NCBI GenBank assembly: GCA_008632985.1
Contig: QPGO01000022.1
Span: 620,001-684,000 of the forward strand
From: Psammoneis japonica
Taxonomy: Eukaryota
Length of the DNA: 64,000 bases
Direction: 5' to 3'
Shown here: one piece after another, positions 33,987-46,630 of the stretch
Position numbering within the stretch: the stretch's first letter is position 1
How the letters are laid out: each line of letters starts with the position of its first letter
Made by a program: the position numbers and the translations under genes
The notes under the pieces: generated by a model
Databases searched by the model: none
Told to the model about the DNA's origin: nothing
The model's input: the letters and a program-made list of their open reading frames with translations, nothing else

Positions 33987-35422
33987 TGCGCAACTCCAAC
34001 AGTCACATGTCTCTGCCCCCCAACCCCCAAAGATCTGTCCGTTTCTCCATGCTCCGCTGCTGTGGTGACCAGGGAGAAATCACTGCCCAAAAGACGAGGT
34101 CGTCTATCAAAGCAAAAAATTCCGCCGGCATCTCTTCAACCTCCACAGAAGGAGAACATCCCAATGGCATGGACTCCATCCCCTGGCACTGTGATGCACG
34201 AAGAAGCCGCGGCAACAGTCACAGCTGCGAAAGACCAATCACCATGCCACTCCGCTGCTGCGTCAACACTCGTCAAGGCAAAGCCAAAAAGCAAGCTCGT
34301 CGAACAAAATTCAAAAAGTCAAATGCTCGGGCTTCTCACAGCAATGGACTGCACGAAACGAGGGAATCGAAACGGATTGGAACTTCACCACCCCACGAGA
34401 CTGCTCAAGAAGAAGCAACGGCAGCAACAGAAACACAGAACCGACCACTCGATCATGCCACTGCTGCATCAACAAGCGCTGAAATCGCACGTCAGAATCC
34501 GAATGCTGCGCCCCCCAAGATTCTAACGCCCCCAGCGTCAACTGCCATTGATCTTAACGGTAGAAGGCATTGCTTCCAAGACGACTCCGCCACAAGAAGA
34601 AGCTCCCAAGCCAGAAAATAGAACGGAAGAGCAAGGAAACGCATGCACTCCCATTGGTGCTACTGAGGAGGCGAGTGCTCAAGAACCAATTCCATCAAAG
34701 GCGAAGAGCAAGCGTGGGTTATACGTCATGAAACTCACTCCTCAAGACAAACGGAATCATCTCTATTGCTTGTGTGCCAGCGATGAAAGCACCACATTTC
34801 GTGCCTACTGCGCTCAGAATGGAATCGAGAGCCAACGCGGTACCCTCCTGAGTCTGTCCAAGAAAATCAACCTGGACGAGTTGAGAGAAAGAGGTGCTCC
34901 CAAAGAAGCAGTGGCCGATCGAATCAACGCCGCCGTTCCTCTCTGGACGGAACCGCAAACGGAAAGGATGGACGTGGGAAAGGGAACTCCTATCTGACCA
35001 ATATGGAGCAACACTACATCTCATACCTTGTGTCTATTCTCGGAATCACTGGCAATGGAATCGACAAGCCCTACATTGAAATGCTCGTTAATTCTATTCT
35101 TTCGATGAGGATGGATATCGAAGATATTTGGGCCGTTGACGACCGAGTTGTCGATAAACTGTTGGAGAAGAATAAACTCCGTCTGGCGAAAGCAAACTCA
35201 CTGGATCCAAGGAGGGCTGAAGCTGCAAGGCTTGAAATCCAGGAATGTTTCTTCAATGATCTTGACAAGTTCTGCTTCATGCTGCATGAAGTGTTCGGCG
35301 AGGAGGTCTGGCCCTGGAAATATTTCAAGGATGTACCAGCGGCCAACATGTCTAACTCAGACGAGATGGCAACGAATACCTTGGGACACAGAAATGGAAT
35401 AGCGCTTCCAGAGAGTTCTTAG
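33987..35422 (+). pseudogene. frameshifted, truncated pogo/DDE_1-like transposase N-terminal region
   Basis: Helical region, then KANSLDPRRA...WPWKYFKDVPAANMSNSDE resembling the pogo-type first catalytic D (NxDE); several frame breaks. Confidence 0.5.
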
Positions 35423-35646
35423 CTGTAAATCCGAAGATTTTCCAGAACACACCTGAACGCGCAGATAGCCTTGTATGTGGATACACAAGCGAATGGTTAG
35501 TAGTTTAATCATAGCAGTCTTTGGATCGTCGACAATCTATCGATCTTATTCTTTTGATTTTCGTACTTTGAGTGGCGGACAATCGGCAAAGAAAGCATCG
35601 CACGTCTTGTTTCATTCGCGGTGTACGGTATGGTCCGGCCTTCTCA

Positions 35647-36147
35647 CTATTCTCGTGTATCCGCCATGCGCACAGCCCTTGACACAAAGTTCCCTACACA
35701 TCTTTCTACTGCCTTTCTTTCCGTCTCGCAAATGCCTTCTTCTTGGAAAACTTGAAGCGACACCAACCGAGAGGCAGCAACCCCGCATTGTTGGTATTTG
35801 CGCATGCGATCAGGACACAAAGTTTTTGCCAAACAAGTTTGATAGAGCCACAGATCTCTTTGTAGAGACTGCTTATCTTCTGGTTTATCACTGCCTTCAG
35901 CTTGATCCCGAGACTTTGTTATATTTTTGCGGTAGGCCTGGCATTGAGTCACCGTTTTCTCCAGCTGCTTCCCTAGCTGGCTCTTCATCAGCCGTTGCTG
36001 CTCGTCTTCATCAAAAAGACGAGAATTCTTGAGGAGCGACAACAAGGCATCGACCTTCGGAGGAGGCAGTAAGACCCTTTCCCTTGTTGGTTCATTGGGA
36101 GGAGGTATGGCATTTGGAGGAGGAAAACCGAGCGGCTTCAGCGTCAT
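35647..36147 (-). CDS. small twin-CX9C (CHCH-like) protein
   Basis: 166 aa; CPDRMRKYQQC and CETERKAVERC are both CX9C; normal TA content; divergent from OCRL. Confidence 0.65.
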   Translation of the reverse strand: MTLKPLGFPPPNAIPPPNEPTRERVLLPPPKVDALLSLLKNSRLFDEDEQQRLMKSQLGKQLEKTVTQCQAYRKNITKSRDQAEGSDKPEDKQSLQRDLWLYQTCLAKTLCPDRMRKYQQCGVAASRLVSLQVFQEEGICETERKAVERCVGNFVSRAVRMADTRE

Positions 36148-36406
36148 GGTGGTATCTTTCTTGATTGTTGGGGGTTGGGGGGGGGGGCTTCATCATCTGA
36201 GTTGTTTACCTTTTATATATAATAGCCTATTCCAAATAAAATTTTTAAGTGAAAATTTTCCGATTTTCCTTAGTCAAACTGTTTTCTGACTTCATTATTT
36301 TTTTGCGGTCATACCCCAAAAAATATTCGCGACTGTATATGATTTTAAACGTTCTAACGTTCGCACACGCAACACCCAACACACCGACACAAAAAGCACC
36401 TTCGCC

Positions 36407-39030
36407 ATGGACGGTCAACAGCCACCGGCGTGGGCGACTGCTCCCCCGCCACAAGGAGCGCCGCCCCCGCAACCTGCTCAAGCAGCACCTCAGCCACAGT
36501 CACAGCAGCAGCAGCCATTTCCCCAGCAAGCACCTCCCCAGCACCAAGGTCCGCCACAACAACATGCCGGAGCTCCTTCAACGCCGCCGCAAACTCCCGC
36601 TGCTCCGCAAACACCGCCTCAGACAGCCGCCAACAAGATCAGTTCTGAGCTAGAGAAGTCTGTGCTAACCACTCGTACTCAGGATGAAGAGACTGAAGAC
36701 GGACGTATTCGTAATCGAGAGGCGGTGATGCGAATTCGGGATGCGTGGATTTACAGGCAGATCCGTCAGCGGCAATCTGAGTTTACGCAGTACAGAAGCG
36801 TAAGTCCTTTGCTGCATACGCCACCAACGAAACAGAGTCCTTTTCTTATATCGTGACTCACATAGTATGCGATGTACCCATTCTTACAGGCCACCATGTT
36901 TTTGGGTACTTGGAATGTCAACGCGAAAGGAAAGGAAGAACCTCTTGAGAGCTGGTTGTGTGCGGACTGGGGGCCGAATCGCGAGCACGCACCTGATATT
37001 GTCGCGGTCGGCTTTCAGGAAATCGTGGACCTCAACGCTGTAAACGTTGCGGTAGAGAACAAGTCGCTCCAGCGATCTCAGCATTGGGTGGAGCGGATAC
37101 GCGCCACGCTCAACTCTCCGCAGAATACCCGGAACGATCCCATGCGAGGATACACGCTCTTGATGCAACGATATTTGGTGGGGCTGCTGGTGTGTGTCTT
37201 TGTCAAGAATCCTCACAGAAACAGGGTGAACTATGTTCATGCAGATACCGTTGGAGTGGGAGTCATGGGCGTTCTAGGAAACAAGGGCGGTGTCTCTATT
37301 CGGATGCAGTTTTACGATTCCACAATGTGCTTTGTTTGCACGCACTTGGCTGCTCACCGCGAAAACGTGACGGGAAGGAACGATGACTTTGCCAATGTTT
37401 TTAGTAAAACGTCCTTTGACATTGGGGAGGAGGCTATTCGGGAGGTTATTCGGTCTGGTTCTCTCAATCAGTGGGCGACAGGTTCTTCTGCCGTCGGCGT
37501 GCGCGATCACGACCACGTCTTTTGGTTGGGTGATCTCAACTATCGCGTGGATGAGTCCTTGTCAACGGAGAAAGTATTGGAGCTTGCAGAGAAGGGAAAG
37601 ATCAGTGAGTTACGGGACCTGGACCAGCTCAACATTGAACGCAAAGCTGGACGCGTTTTTGAAGGCTTTGAGGAAGGGGTATTGAATTTTCTGCCCACGT
37701 ATAAATACCAACCAGGCACGGATATGTACGAACAGCGTCCTGAAAAGAAACTTCGGGCGCCTGCTTGGTGTGATCGTATCCTTTGGATGTCACAAGAACC
37801 CAGTCATGTTAAGCAGCTCACCTACGGAAGGAGCGAAAGCAACATCTCGGACCACAAACCTGTGTACTCCACAATGCAAATCACAATCAAAGACGTGGTT
37901 CAAAGGAAGAGAGAAGCCGTCTACGAACAGGTCATGAAGCTTCTTGATCAATATGAGAACGAAACTCTGCCCATGGTTGGACTCGACCGGAGCACTCTCA
38001 ACTATGGCAGCATCCGCTACGAACAGACCGTCACGCTTCCGATTCAAATCACCAACACCGGCAAAGTCGTGGCGCAGTTCCGATTCGTTCCCAAGCTGGA
38101 TGATGTAAGTCACGTTTGTATGGCTGTCATAGTGAACAAGATCTTCCATTTTGTTTTTCATATCTGTTGTGTTTCATTCCCTTGCAGAACTCGTTGTGCA
38201 AGCCTTGGATGACGGTGAACCCAACGTTTGGTATGTTGCTTCCAGGAGAAGGCCCTGCCACCATCAACCTGAGCATTACAATCGACAACAAGACTGCGCA
38301 TCGCCTTAATAGCGGAAGAGAAGTGCTTGACGATATTTTGATTCTTCGGCTGGAGAATGGACGTGACTATTACATTACTGTCAAGGCGTCCTACGCTCGT
38401 TCTTGCTTTGGCATGTCAGTGGATGAACTTGTCATGTATTCAGAGCCGATTCGGAATATTCCCCTTGACGCTATAAAGAGGGCAGAGCAGTTCGACCCGA
38501 ACCCAGCGTCCGCTCTCTGCGTTCCGAAAGAGTTGTGGCGAATCATTGACGGAATTTACCAGAAAGGATTGCACGAGAAGGACATTTTCGTGACTCCTGG
38601 ATTCGCCGAGGAAGTCACTCAGATTCGCGAGTGCCTTGACACGGGTGCCCCATTTGGAAAGTTTCGCGTCCACTCCATGGCAGAAGTTCTCTTGTCTTTT
38701 CTTTCGAACTTGTCTTCTCCCATCGTACCCCCGTCTCTCTTTCCAACCTTGGAAATTGACGCTCAAAACATTCAGTCCAGTGTAAGGCGATTCTTGGAGG
38801 AGTTGCCACCCATCCACTACAACGTCTTTGTCTACATGGTCTCTTTCTTCCGAGAAGCACTACTTTACCGAGAGGCAAACAACTTATCGGCTGCCAAGCT
38901 GGCCCGCATTTGTTGCAACTGCCTCGTGCTTGGCAGTCACAGTTCCAAAGAAGAATCGGCTGCTTTTCTGCAACGGCGCGCAGGGATGCAACTCATTTTC
39001 TTTCATCTATTGGAAACCAATTCTATCTAA
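36407..39030 (+). CDS. OCRL: OCRL/INPP5B-type inositol polyphosphate 5-phosphatase with ASH and RhoGAP-like domains (exons 36407-36799, 36890-38104, 38188-39030; ~816 aa)
   Basis: GTWNVN, GFQEIVDL, GNKGGV, HLAAH, FWLGDLNYR, PTYKY, PAWCDRIL, SDHKPV; LILRLENGRDYYI; VPKELWRIID; two phase-0 GT-AG introns. Confidence 0.95.
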
Positions 39031-39626
39031 CACCCTCTGGATAAATATTAAAAATATGTGTAGTGCATTCTGCTGACTGAAGAAAGCTGTCTACTCTTTC
39101 TCTACTAGAGAGAGCGTAAGGAGTCTACCCTCTAGTAGCTATAGTCGTAGACTATGGTAGTAGAGGTCTTGCCTCTTCTCTGTAGGCTGTCCATAGAGAG
39201 GAGTTGCCTCTACTCTCTACTCTAGAGGCCCTCTACTAGAGAGAGAGAGAGAGAGCGAGAGGGAGGGAGTATGCTGTAGCTCTCTAAGTACAGTAGTGAG
39301 GTTGCTCTGTCCTTTTCCTTTCCCTCTCTCAATTGCGATGTATGAGGTCGAGATAGGTACGTAGAATTCTACGTGCTTCCTAGTACTACAGTCGGATCCT
39401 TCATTTTTTATGGCGCGCGCGCCTCTGTTTTGCGCTTTTGCTGTTTTTCTTGTTTTCAGTTTTTGAGTTTCCATTTCTCAACGACACCAGACAAAGAGAT
39501 CCAAGATGAGAACGACACCGCATGCTTACTGCAGATCGTAATTATTCTGGGTTATTATTTCTGTGGACGTTGCTTGTACCGTATGCCATTGCGTGTCTCT
39601 CTACCAACATAGAAAAATCCGAGTCA

Positions 39627-41065
39627 ATGTCGAAACACCAAACTCTCTTGAACTTTTTCGGCCCGAAACGGTCCAAAGGAGACGAGCAAGAGTCGTCGAC
39701 AGATTCCAAGTCAACGCAAGTGTCGTTGCAACAACAATCCATTCAGTCGTACTTTTTGACACCATCCACAACCGTGACGGATGCTGCCGTGTCTTCGCCC
39801 TCTTTACGACGCGCAACGCCGCCGTCACCGCCCCCACCCTTCACTCCCAAAACGCCACCGACACCTGACACAATCTACACGGGGACACCATTGTCTGTAG
39901 CGACAGTCGCTCGCAAAGGAACGCCTCCAACACCCGCAGAAATTGGCCTGAGAAAAGCAGCCGGAGAAACAACTTTCGGGACACCGAATTCAGTAAATAT
40001 CAACTCGAGCGCAGCAGACAAATTTGGTACTCCCCGGTCAGCTTCTCCTCAATTCGAACAAGAAAATGCGTCATTATTGGATCCTGCACCGGAGGTTACC
40101 AGGACCCATGACTCTTGTCAATCGAAACCCTTTGAAGCGGCAGCGACCGTAAGTGTCTCAACCGAAAAGCCAAGCAGAGGGCGACGACAACAACAGCCGA
40201 GTCACGTAGTAACCGGGGGAACGTCAGCGAAGGACGATAATCGACACCAACTATCTGCCCGGAAACGACCGAAGAACAGCAAACAAATGAAGCAGCTCTA
40301 TCTGGATTTTGGGCAGGAGAACTTTGCCAAGCGATCCATTTGCAAAACCTGCGGTATGCTGTACGTGCACGGTTTGTCGGAAGATTCTCAGCAGCATAGT
40401 CGGGTTTGTGCAAGCCATATCAAGGGAGTTGCCTTTCAAATGGCAAATGCTCGTGTGGTGGCTACTCATCCGCCCGACGGGACTGTCGTCGAGGTGGGTA
40501 CAGGGAACATTGTTGCAAGACATAGTTTCATCAAAGTGCCGATTGATTGTTTCTCGTTGACAATCACAACTCATCCGTTGTTGCTTGTATTACCTCATTT
40601 TTGTAGATCCGTCCAACGGATTCCTACGCTCTTCGACAAAAGCTCATAAAAGTCAAAAACATTGTGGACGAAGAATTGGGTTTTTCTCCGTGCGATGATC
40701 CAGTTCCGAGAACAGCCTATCTCTACATACTTGACAAGAGGGTGGTAGGAATGGTAACTGCGGAAATCATTTTAGAGGCCTACTTGTTGGATACAACCAA
40801 TTTGGAACGATCGCGACAGTCCTACAAAGCCATGGTGGGAATCCATCAATTGTGGGTACATTCCAAGTATCGGAAACAAAACATTGCGACGCGTTTGATT
40901 GATGCTGTACGTAGCAAACTGGTTTTCGGTCAATTGATATCTCCGGATCTTGTGGCATTTTCGAGTCCAACGGAGGCTGGGGCCAACTTTGCCCGACGGT
41001 ATGTTGAGTCTTTTGGAAAAAAGGGCGACGCAAAAACGCGGATTCTTGTCTACGATTGTCAATGA
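39627..41065 (+). CDS. ECO1: ESCO/Eco1 cohesin acetyltransferase (exons 39627-40493, 40607-41065)
   Basis: QLYLDFGQ PIP-like box, CKTCGMLY..DSQQHSRVC zinc finger, VDEELG, GIHQLWV..RKQNIATRLID, AFSSPTEAG; the start could instead be 39522. Confidence 0.92.
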
Positions 41066-41682
41066 ACATTGAGCAAGGTGATTTCGGAAGTGATATCATC
41101 TTGCCCTAAGTGAACAATGTGAAGCAATTGAAGAAGTTGCCTCTCTAACTTAGAGAGTACTCAAGGAACGGAATACCTAACCATGGCAACAACTATGATA
41201 GAGATTAGCACCTAACGTAGGACAGGAGTTCTCTAGCTAGAGGGCTCGCAAATGAAGTAGTAGTACTTCATCGTCCTCGCTAGCTAGCTACTTATATCTG
41301 TTAGAGAGTGAAGCACACCTACGAAGTGCTACTGATATTCACTTCCCTTGTCCTCTCACACATCATGCACAGTACCAACCCAAACCATTCACACATTTCC
41401 TTTTCCTAAGAGTGCCTTCGAGTTTTTTGAAAGACGCTCACGAACAGCAAAGTCAGTCCTTCGTACGTTACGTTCGCCTTCTGAAACTGAGTCAGGTCAC
41501 GAGTGACGTCGGCTTTCGGCCATCGCGCGTCGACAGCCGGCCAGGGTTCGCATTTTTTCGCCGCCGCGCATGTGCTCAAGTGCGCGTGTGCCTCACAGAA
41601 AAGCCGCCGAAGAAATCTGCGAAAGATTCACACAATCTGAAATCCGCAGCGCGTCAACGAGAACCACGAACCACCAACCACC

Positions 41683-42688
41683 ATGCCGATTGAAACCCTT
41701 ACGCACACCAAATCGGGCGCCTCCGTCAAGGTTCACTCCTACGGGGCGACTGTTTTGTCCTTTGTCGATGGAAGCGGCCGCGAGAATCTGTTTGTGAGTT
41801 CTGATGCCAAACTCGACGGCACCGCTCCCATCCGCGGCGGGATTCCTCTGGTCTTTCCCATCTTTGGGCCGCCCGGCGAGCACGATGGAAGCATGCCGCA
41901 ACACGGCTTTGCTCGTCGAAACGAGTGGACCATGGCGAACAAGTATGATCACGAAGAAGTGGCGGGTGTGAGTTACACGCTTGCACTCAAGGACGTTGTC
42001 GACGGCCGTGGAGAGAACAACGCGTGGAGTTCTGCCCAAGCAAGCGTGGACGGCACCGACTGTCTGCTGCAGTACGACATTGTTTTGGCTCCCATGACGC
42101 TGACGACTACACTTAGTGTCCACAACACGGGCAAGGATTCTTTCAATCTTCACCTGTTGCAACATTCGTACCTCAAAGTCGACGGCGGTGCTTCGCTTGA
42201 CAGCAAGCAGTGCTTTGTTGAGCATTTGGAAAATTACAGCATTATTGATAAGATTCACCCTGAACTCTCGGAAAGCTTCAGAATGATCCTGTTTTCCTTG
42301 CAAAGGACGAAGCTACCGACAAGGTCTTTTTGCATCCGGAAGGAGACCATCCCACCGTCAAGGTCTTCGTAGGAGTTGGCGGAGGAAAGAAGGTTTGTAT
42401 GGAAGCCGCGGCCATGGTGGATGAAAGCCCTGTCCCAGTTTCATGCGTCGTGTGGAATCCAAACAAGGAGAAAGCGGCAGCCATGGCTGACTTTGGAAAC
42501 GAGGTAAGTCTTACTAAAGCGTCATCCACGCTCAATTATCACGTAATCTCACCACAACTTCGTTTTTGTTTCGTGCACTCTAGGAATACAAAGACATGAT
42601 TTGCGTTGAGCCTGGAATGATCGGGCACCAGCCGTTGCTAATGCCTGGAAAAAAGGCGCAGCTCACTCAGATTCTCCTTGTCCAGTAA
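41683..42688 (+). CDS. glucose-6-phosphate 1-epimerase / aldose 1-epimerase family (intron 42504-42583; apparent 1-nt frameshift near 42270)
   Basis: YGATVLSF, PIRGGIPLVFPIFG, QHGFARRNEW, HSYL, VVWNP..MADFGNE|EYKDMICVEPG. Confidence 0.9.
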
Positions 42689-43035
42689 ACTGTGTTGTGT
42701 CCCCCGATACGTATGTGGTTTGAGCAGACTAGATACAGTAGAGATAGTGACTGCCTCTCCATAATTGTTATAGAACTGCTGTACTAGAGAGAACGCGCAA
42801 AGCAGAATACAAGTACGATACATAAACGAGTCGCAGTCGCACCATTCGTAGTTACTACCGGAAATGCTCTTACTGTACATCTGGTATACCGAAGATAGTG
42901 TAATACAGCACGTATTCCCGAACAAATCGACATCTGATAGTTGGGATACGAATTTGGGTGGCGCCAAAATGGTAGCAACAAAGCTTACCATTTCCTCCTT
43001 GTGACTCAACACAATGCTTCGTTTTATACTTGACT

Positions 43036-44445
43036 TCACCCAGCGGAACAGGTTGCATCGTGCGTGAAGATAACTGAAGAAATATTTGATATCAAGGGCT
43101 GTTGTTGATCTCCGCGTTTGCTGCCAAAGTGAATGTACAACAGCTGCGAAGCCTCCTTGAGACTACCAATGCCGTTCTTCGAGAACCAGGGACTGTTTAT
43201 TAGAATTTCTGCCGGGATTCGTTTCGCTGTCCAGCGTGGAACCGTTTGGAGTGCAGAGACAAATTCAGGTGACCTTCGTACGATGCGGGTACCAGGCAAG
43301 ATGAATAAAGACTGACTACTTGTAGTCTACGTACCAGGTTCCTTCTGAAGACAGCCACAAATAATCTCACGCAAATTCCCGATAATGTAACTTGGGATCA
43401 TCTCATTTGTGTTGGTTTCTTCGACTGTGAGGACTAGTTCGACCTGAGAGTTGCGATAGCAACCGAGTGTTAGTATACAAAGTGCATCCGTCCTTTCCGC
43501 TAGGATGTTGTCGGCGATGGACTGCCTTCTTACCAGGGAGCTGATACCTTCCCACGCCGGAAAACCTTGTGCGCACTCAAGCAAAATTAAACCATAGCCC
43601 CACATGTCGCTCGCACTGCCATATTTGTTACTTCGAAGTCTCTCTGGGGACATGTACTTCGTCGTTCCCACGACGGTCGCGTTGAGACCATCAACAAGCT
43701 GTTCAGAAGCAATACCAAAATCCGACAGCTTTACAGATCCGTTCGAGTGAATCAACACGTTGGCTGGCTTCACATCTCTATGGATCATATTCTCGTAGTG
43801 CAGATAAGAAAGGCCTACCAACCCTTGGTAACCAATTGCAGATAGCAGTCCCTCCGGCATGTGCAAACTCGCGTCTTTCTTGTTGGCTTTCGGCAGCGTC
43901 TTCAAGAAGTCACAAAGTGACCCTTTATCCATGTATTCCAATACCTACAATCCGAAAATGAGGACAACAAAAGAGGTAAAACCTTCCGATTGAAGTACGA
44001 CGCTGACGTATCGATGTTGCTGCTCACTGCTCACCATTGTCACTGTATCTTGCTCCGTGAATGCGCCTAAAAGCTTCACGAGACATTCACATTCTACTTT
44101 GCACAATATCCTCAATTCCTTGATGAGCATACATCGTCGCTCCTTAGATTCCAAATGGAACCGTTTGAGCGCGACGTGCTCCGTTGAGCCATTATTTCTC
44201 CAGGAAGCTCTCTGAACAACGCTGCATGCTCCTCTGCCAATTGTTTCTTCCACATTTACGGAAGACGGAAGCCATTGGCCTCGCGTTATTGTGGATCCTT
44301 CCCACCTTAAATATGCCCGCCCAATAGAGAATCCTTCTTGTCGATATGTTGTACCCATCAGGCGTTCGCGCTGCTCTTGTTGAATGCGATCATCCTCCGA
44401 GTTCACCAGCGATAAATCGATGGTTATCCCTGAGAGCTTCTTCAT
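43036..44445 (-). CDS. MAP kinase kinase (MAP2K/STE7 family); exons 44445-44035, 43944-43534, 43443-43335, 43226-43036
   Basis: IGRGACSVV, VALK, VLEYMDKGSL, HRDVKPAN, VKLSDFG, VGTTKYMSPERL, SDMWGYG; three GT-AG introns restore the frame. Confidence 0.92.
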
Positions 44446-44984
44446 GTTCTTGATGTTGCCTTACAATTTCTTAGATCTCGACACAATTTCTGTCTATGAA
44501 TATACCCTATCATGCAGTCACAACTACTTCTACCGTATGATCATGGACTGAGATGAGCTCCCTGAATGAACATCACGTCTTCACCGTGAGCGCCTCTGCG
44601 CGACGATCATCGCCCGCACCGGCCAACATTCACACGAGAGCCCCTGCCACCCGTGCTGCGCCCATGGATGTACCGTACATCCATGGCCACACCCAGCAGA
44701 GAGTGACCAAATGACCACATGCCATGGTGGAACTGTCCAGTGATTTGCTTGATGAGAAGGGGGTGATCTGGCCAAATTGTTGCTGGCAGCACACACACAA
44801 TGGAAGAGCTGCTCTCTTGAGAGATTGCCCCAAGCAATCTGGATCGGCGGCGACTCCAATGACGACAGCCATTTGGGTCGGCACCCCGGCGCATCTCAGA
44901 CACCCCATGACACTTGTTGTTAGATGGATCTGAAGAAGAAAGACCTGTTGGGACAAGTGAGTGTTGGAGGGTTGGGGTGCAAGG

Positions 44985-46630
44985 CAGTTTTTCACAGGAC
45001 AGACAGACAATGTTGCAGCAAATGATGCACTGATGATTGTTGATGATGCAGCAAATTTGTGCTCACAACTCATGATGAGTCATGGGTCTTGTGCTTGCTT
45101 TTTAGCTTTTGCACCCATTGACATGGCAACAGCAATGGAGGTGCATTTGCAAACCAAGTGAGCACGCCAGTTGGCAAGCTGTGAAATCCCAACACAGAAG
45201 CCAAAAGAGCTGGCTGCAAAACCATCAAGAGCCTGAAGGCATGATTTTTTTGTCAATGGATTGCAGCAAACAAGCTGGCTGGATGAAGGCAAAGAAACCT
45301 TCTCTGGAGGGCCTTGTTGTGAGAAAGCTCCTGGTGTCAAGGGTCTGCTGCTGAAAAAGAGGGTGTGGTGGTGAAGCTGTGTTGGACTGGGACAAACATC
45401 AACATTGACAAGGACACAACTGAGCATGGAAGTTTGAAAGATTTGAGAGAGTGCATGCATGGTGACACCATTGCAGAGTTGGGTCAACAGGCAGATGGTT
45501 GGGCATGGGGCCATGAGACAAATCAGCGAGTGTGTCGCAAGAATGTTTGGGCCAGAGATGCAGGTGCTGCTGGCATCTCTGAGGCAGGAGAACAAACTGG
45601 AGGAGCTGGAACATTCATTGGGCACAACCATGTCAGGGGGGGCAATGCACCGCCTGTGTGCAAATGGGCTGTCCACCACAAGGTTGAAGGAGTGATGGAG
45701 TTTGAGGGGGTCACAAAGGAGTGGGACATGGTGGCATGATTGGAAATTCTCAAGTTGATCTCATTTGATGCAAACAAAAGAAACCACTTGCATGCCCAGG
45801 CAGTCAATGCTTGGAAGCAGTTGGCACTCATTCATCAGGATGAAGGCAAGGTGCTTCAAGATCACTGTGCAATTGGCTCATGAGCATTGTTGAGATGGTG
45901 GGAGGGTTGTGTGGCAGACCCATCCCAGAAAAAATTGCCAACAAAGAAGATGGGTTTGGCAAGGATGCTGATGACACCCAGAAAAAAAGGAACAAATTGC
46001 CAGTGTTGCTGCCAATGGAAGGTGCCAAGGAACATTGGTGCATCTTGAAAGACCTGCACCGGCAGTTGGCACTGGGGATTGACAATTGTCCCAATTTGCC
46101 CAAGGAGGCACTGCAGGTGTTGGACGCATGTGGGTCCAACAAGAAACCTGAGGGTGTGAGCTTTGTGCAAAATGAGAAGAAGCAAATCAAATGCTGGAAA
46201 TGCAACAAGGTTGGGCATGTGAAAAAGGGCTGTCCTTTGCTCAATGATGATGATGATCATTCATCAGTGGAGTCCTTGGACAATGTCAGCCATGAGGGTG
46301 GATGATGCAGTCAACATGGCATTGGACAGAATGGTCTCCAACTGTCACCCTCCTTTGGCTGCTGTGCCCAAGTCAGCTTGTGTGAAAGACAGTGTGTTGG
46401 AACAGTTTTTCTGCAGGACAGTCAGACAATGTTGCAGTGAGCAATGCACAGACAACTTCTTAAACTCATGCTGAGTTTTGGGTCTTGTGCTCACTTTTTA
46501 GCTTCTGCACCTGGTGGTCAGCATGGTGACAGCAACAACAGCAATGGAAATGTGTCTGCAATCTGTGCAGCAAGTTTGGGGATCAGCAAGACCAGGTGCA
46601 CATCAGCCTGCAAGCCATGAAATCCCAACA
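44985..46630. repeat. ~220-bp degenerate direct repeats (~44985-45195 and ~46402-46630) flanking a gag remnant
   Basis: cagttttt..caggacag.cagacaatgttgcag...aactcatg.tgagt..tgggtcttgtgct...tttttagctt.tgcacc...aacagcaatgga occurs twice. Confidence 0.7.
45365..46305 (+). pseudogene. degenerate retrotransposon gag with CCHC zinc knuckle
   Basis: LALGIDNCPNLPKEALQVLDAC...GVSFVQ...IKCWKCNKVGHVKKGCP (CX2CX4HX4C). Confidence 0.7.

Larger units (their letters stand above)
13395..34520. other. TpA-depleted repeat domain 3
   Basis: 21 kb with very few TA; CpG is retained in copia 2 and at the edges but lost in older parts such as 26000-30400. Confidence 0.9.
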
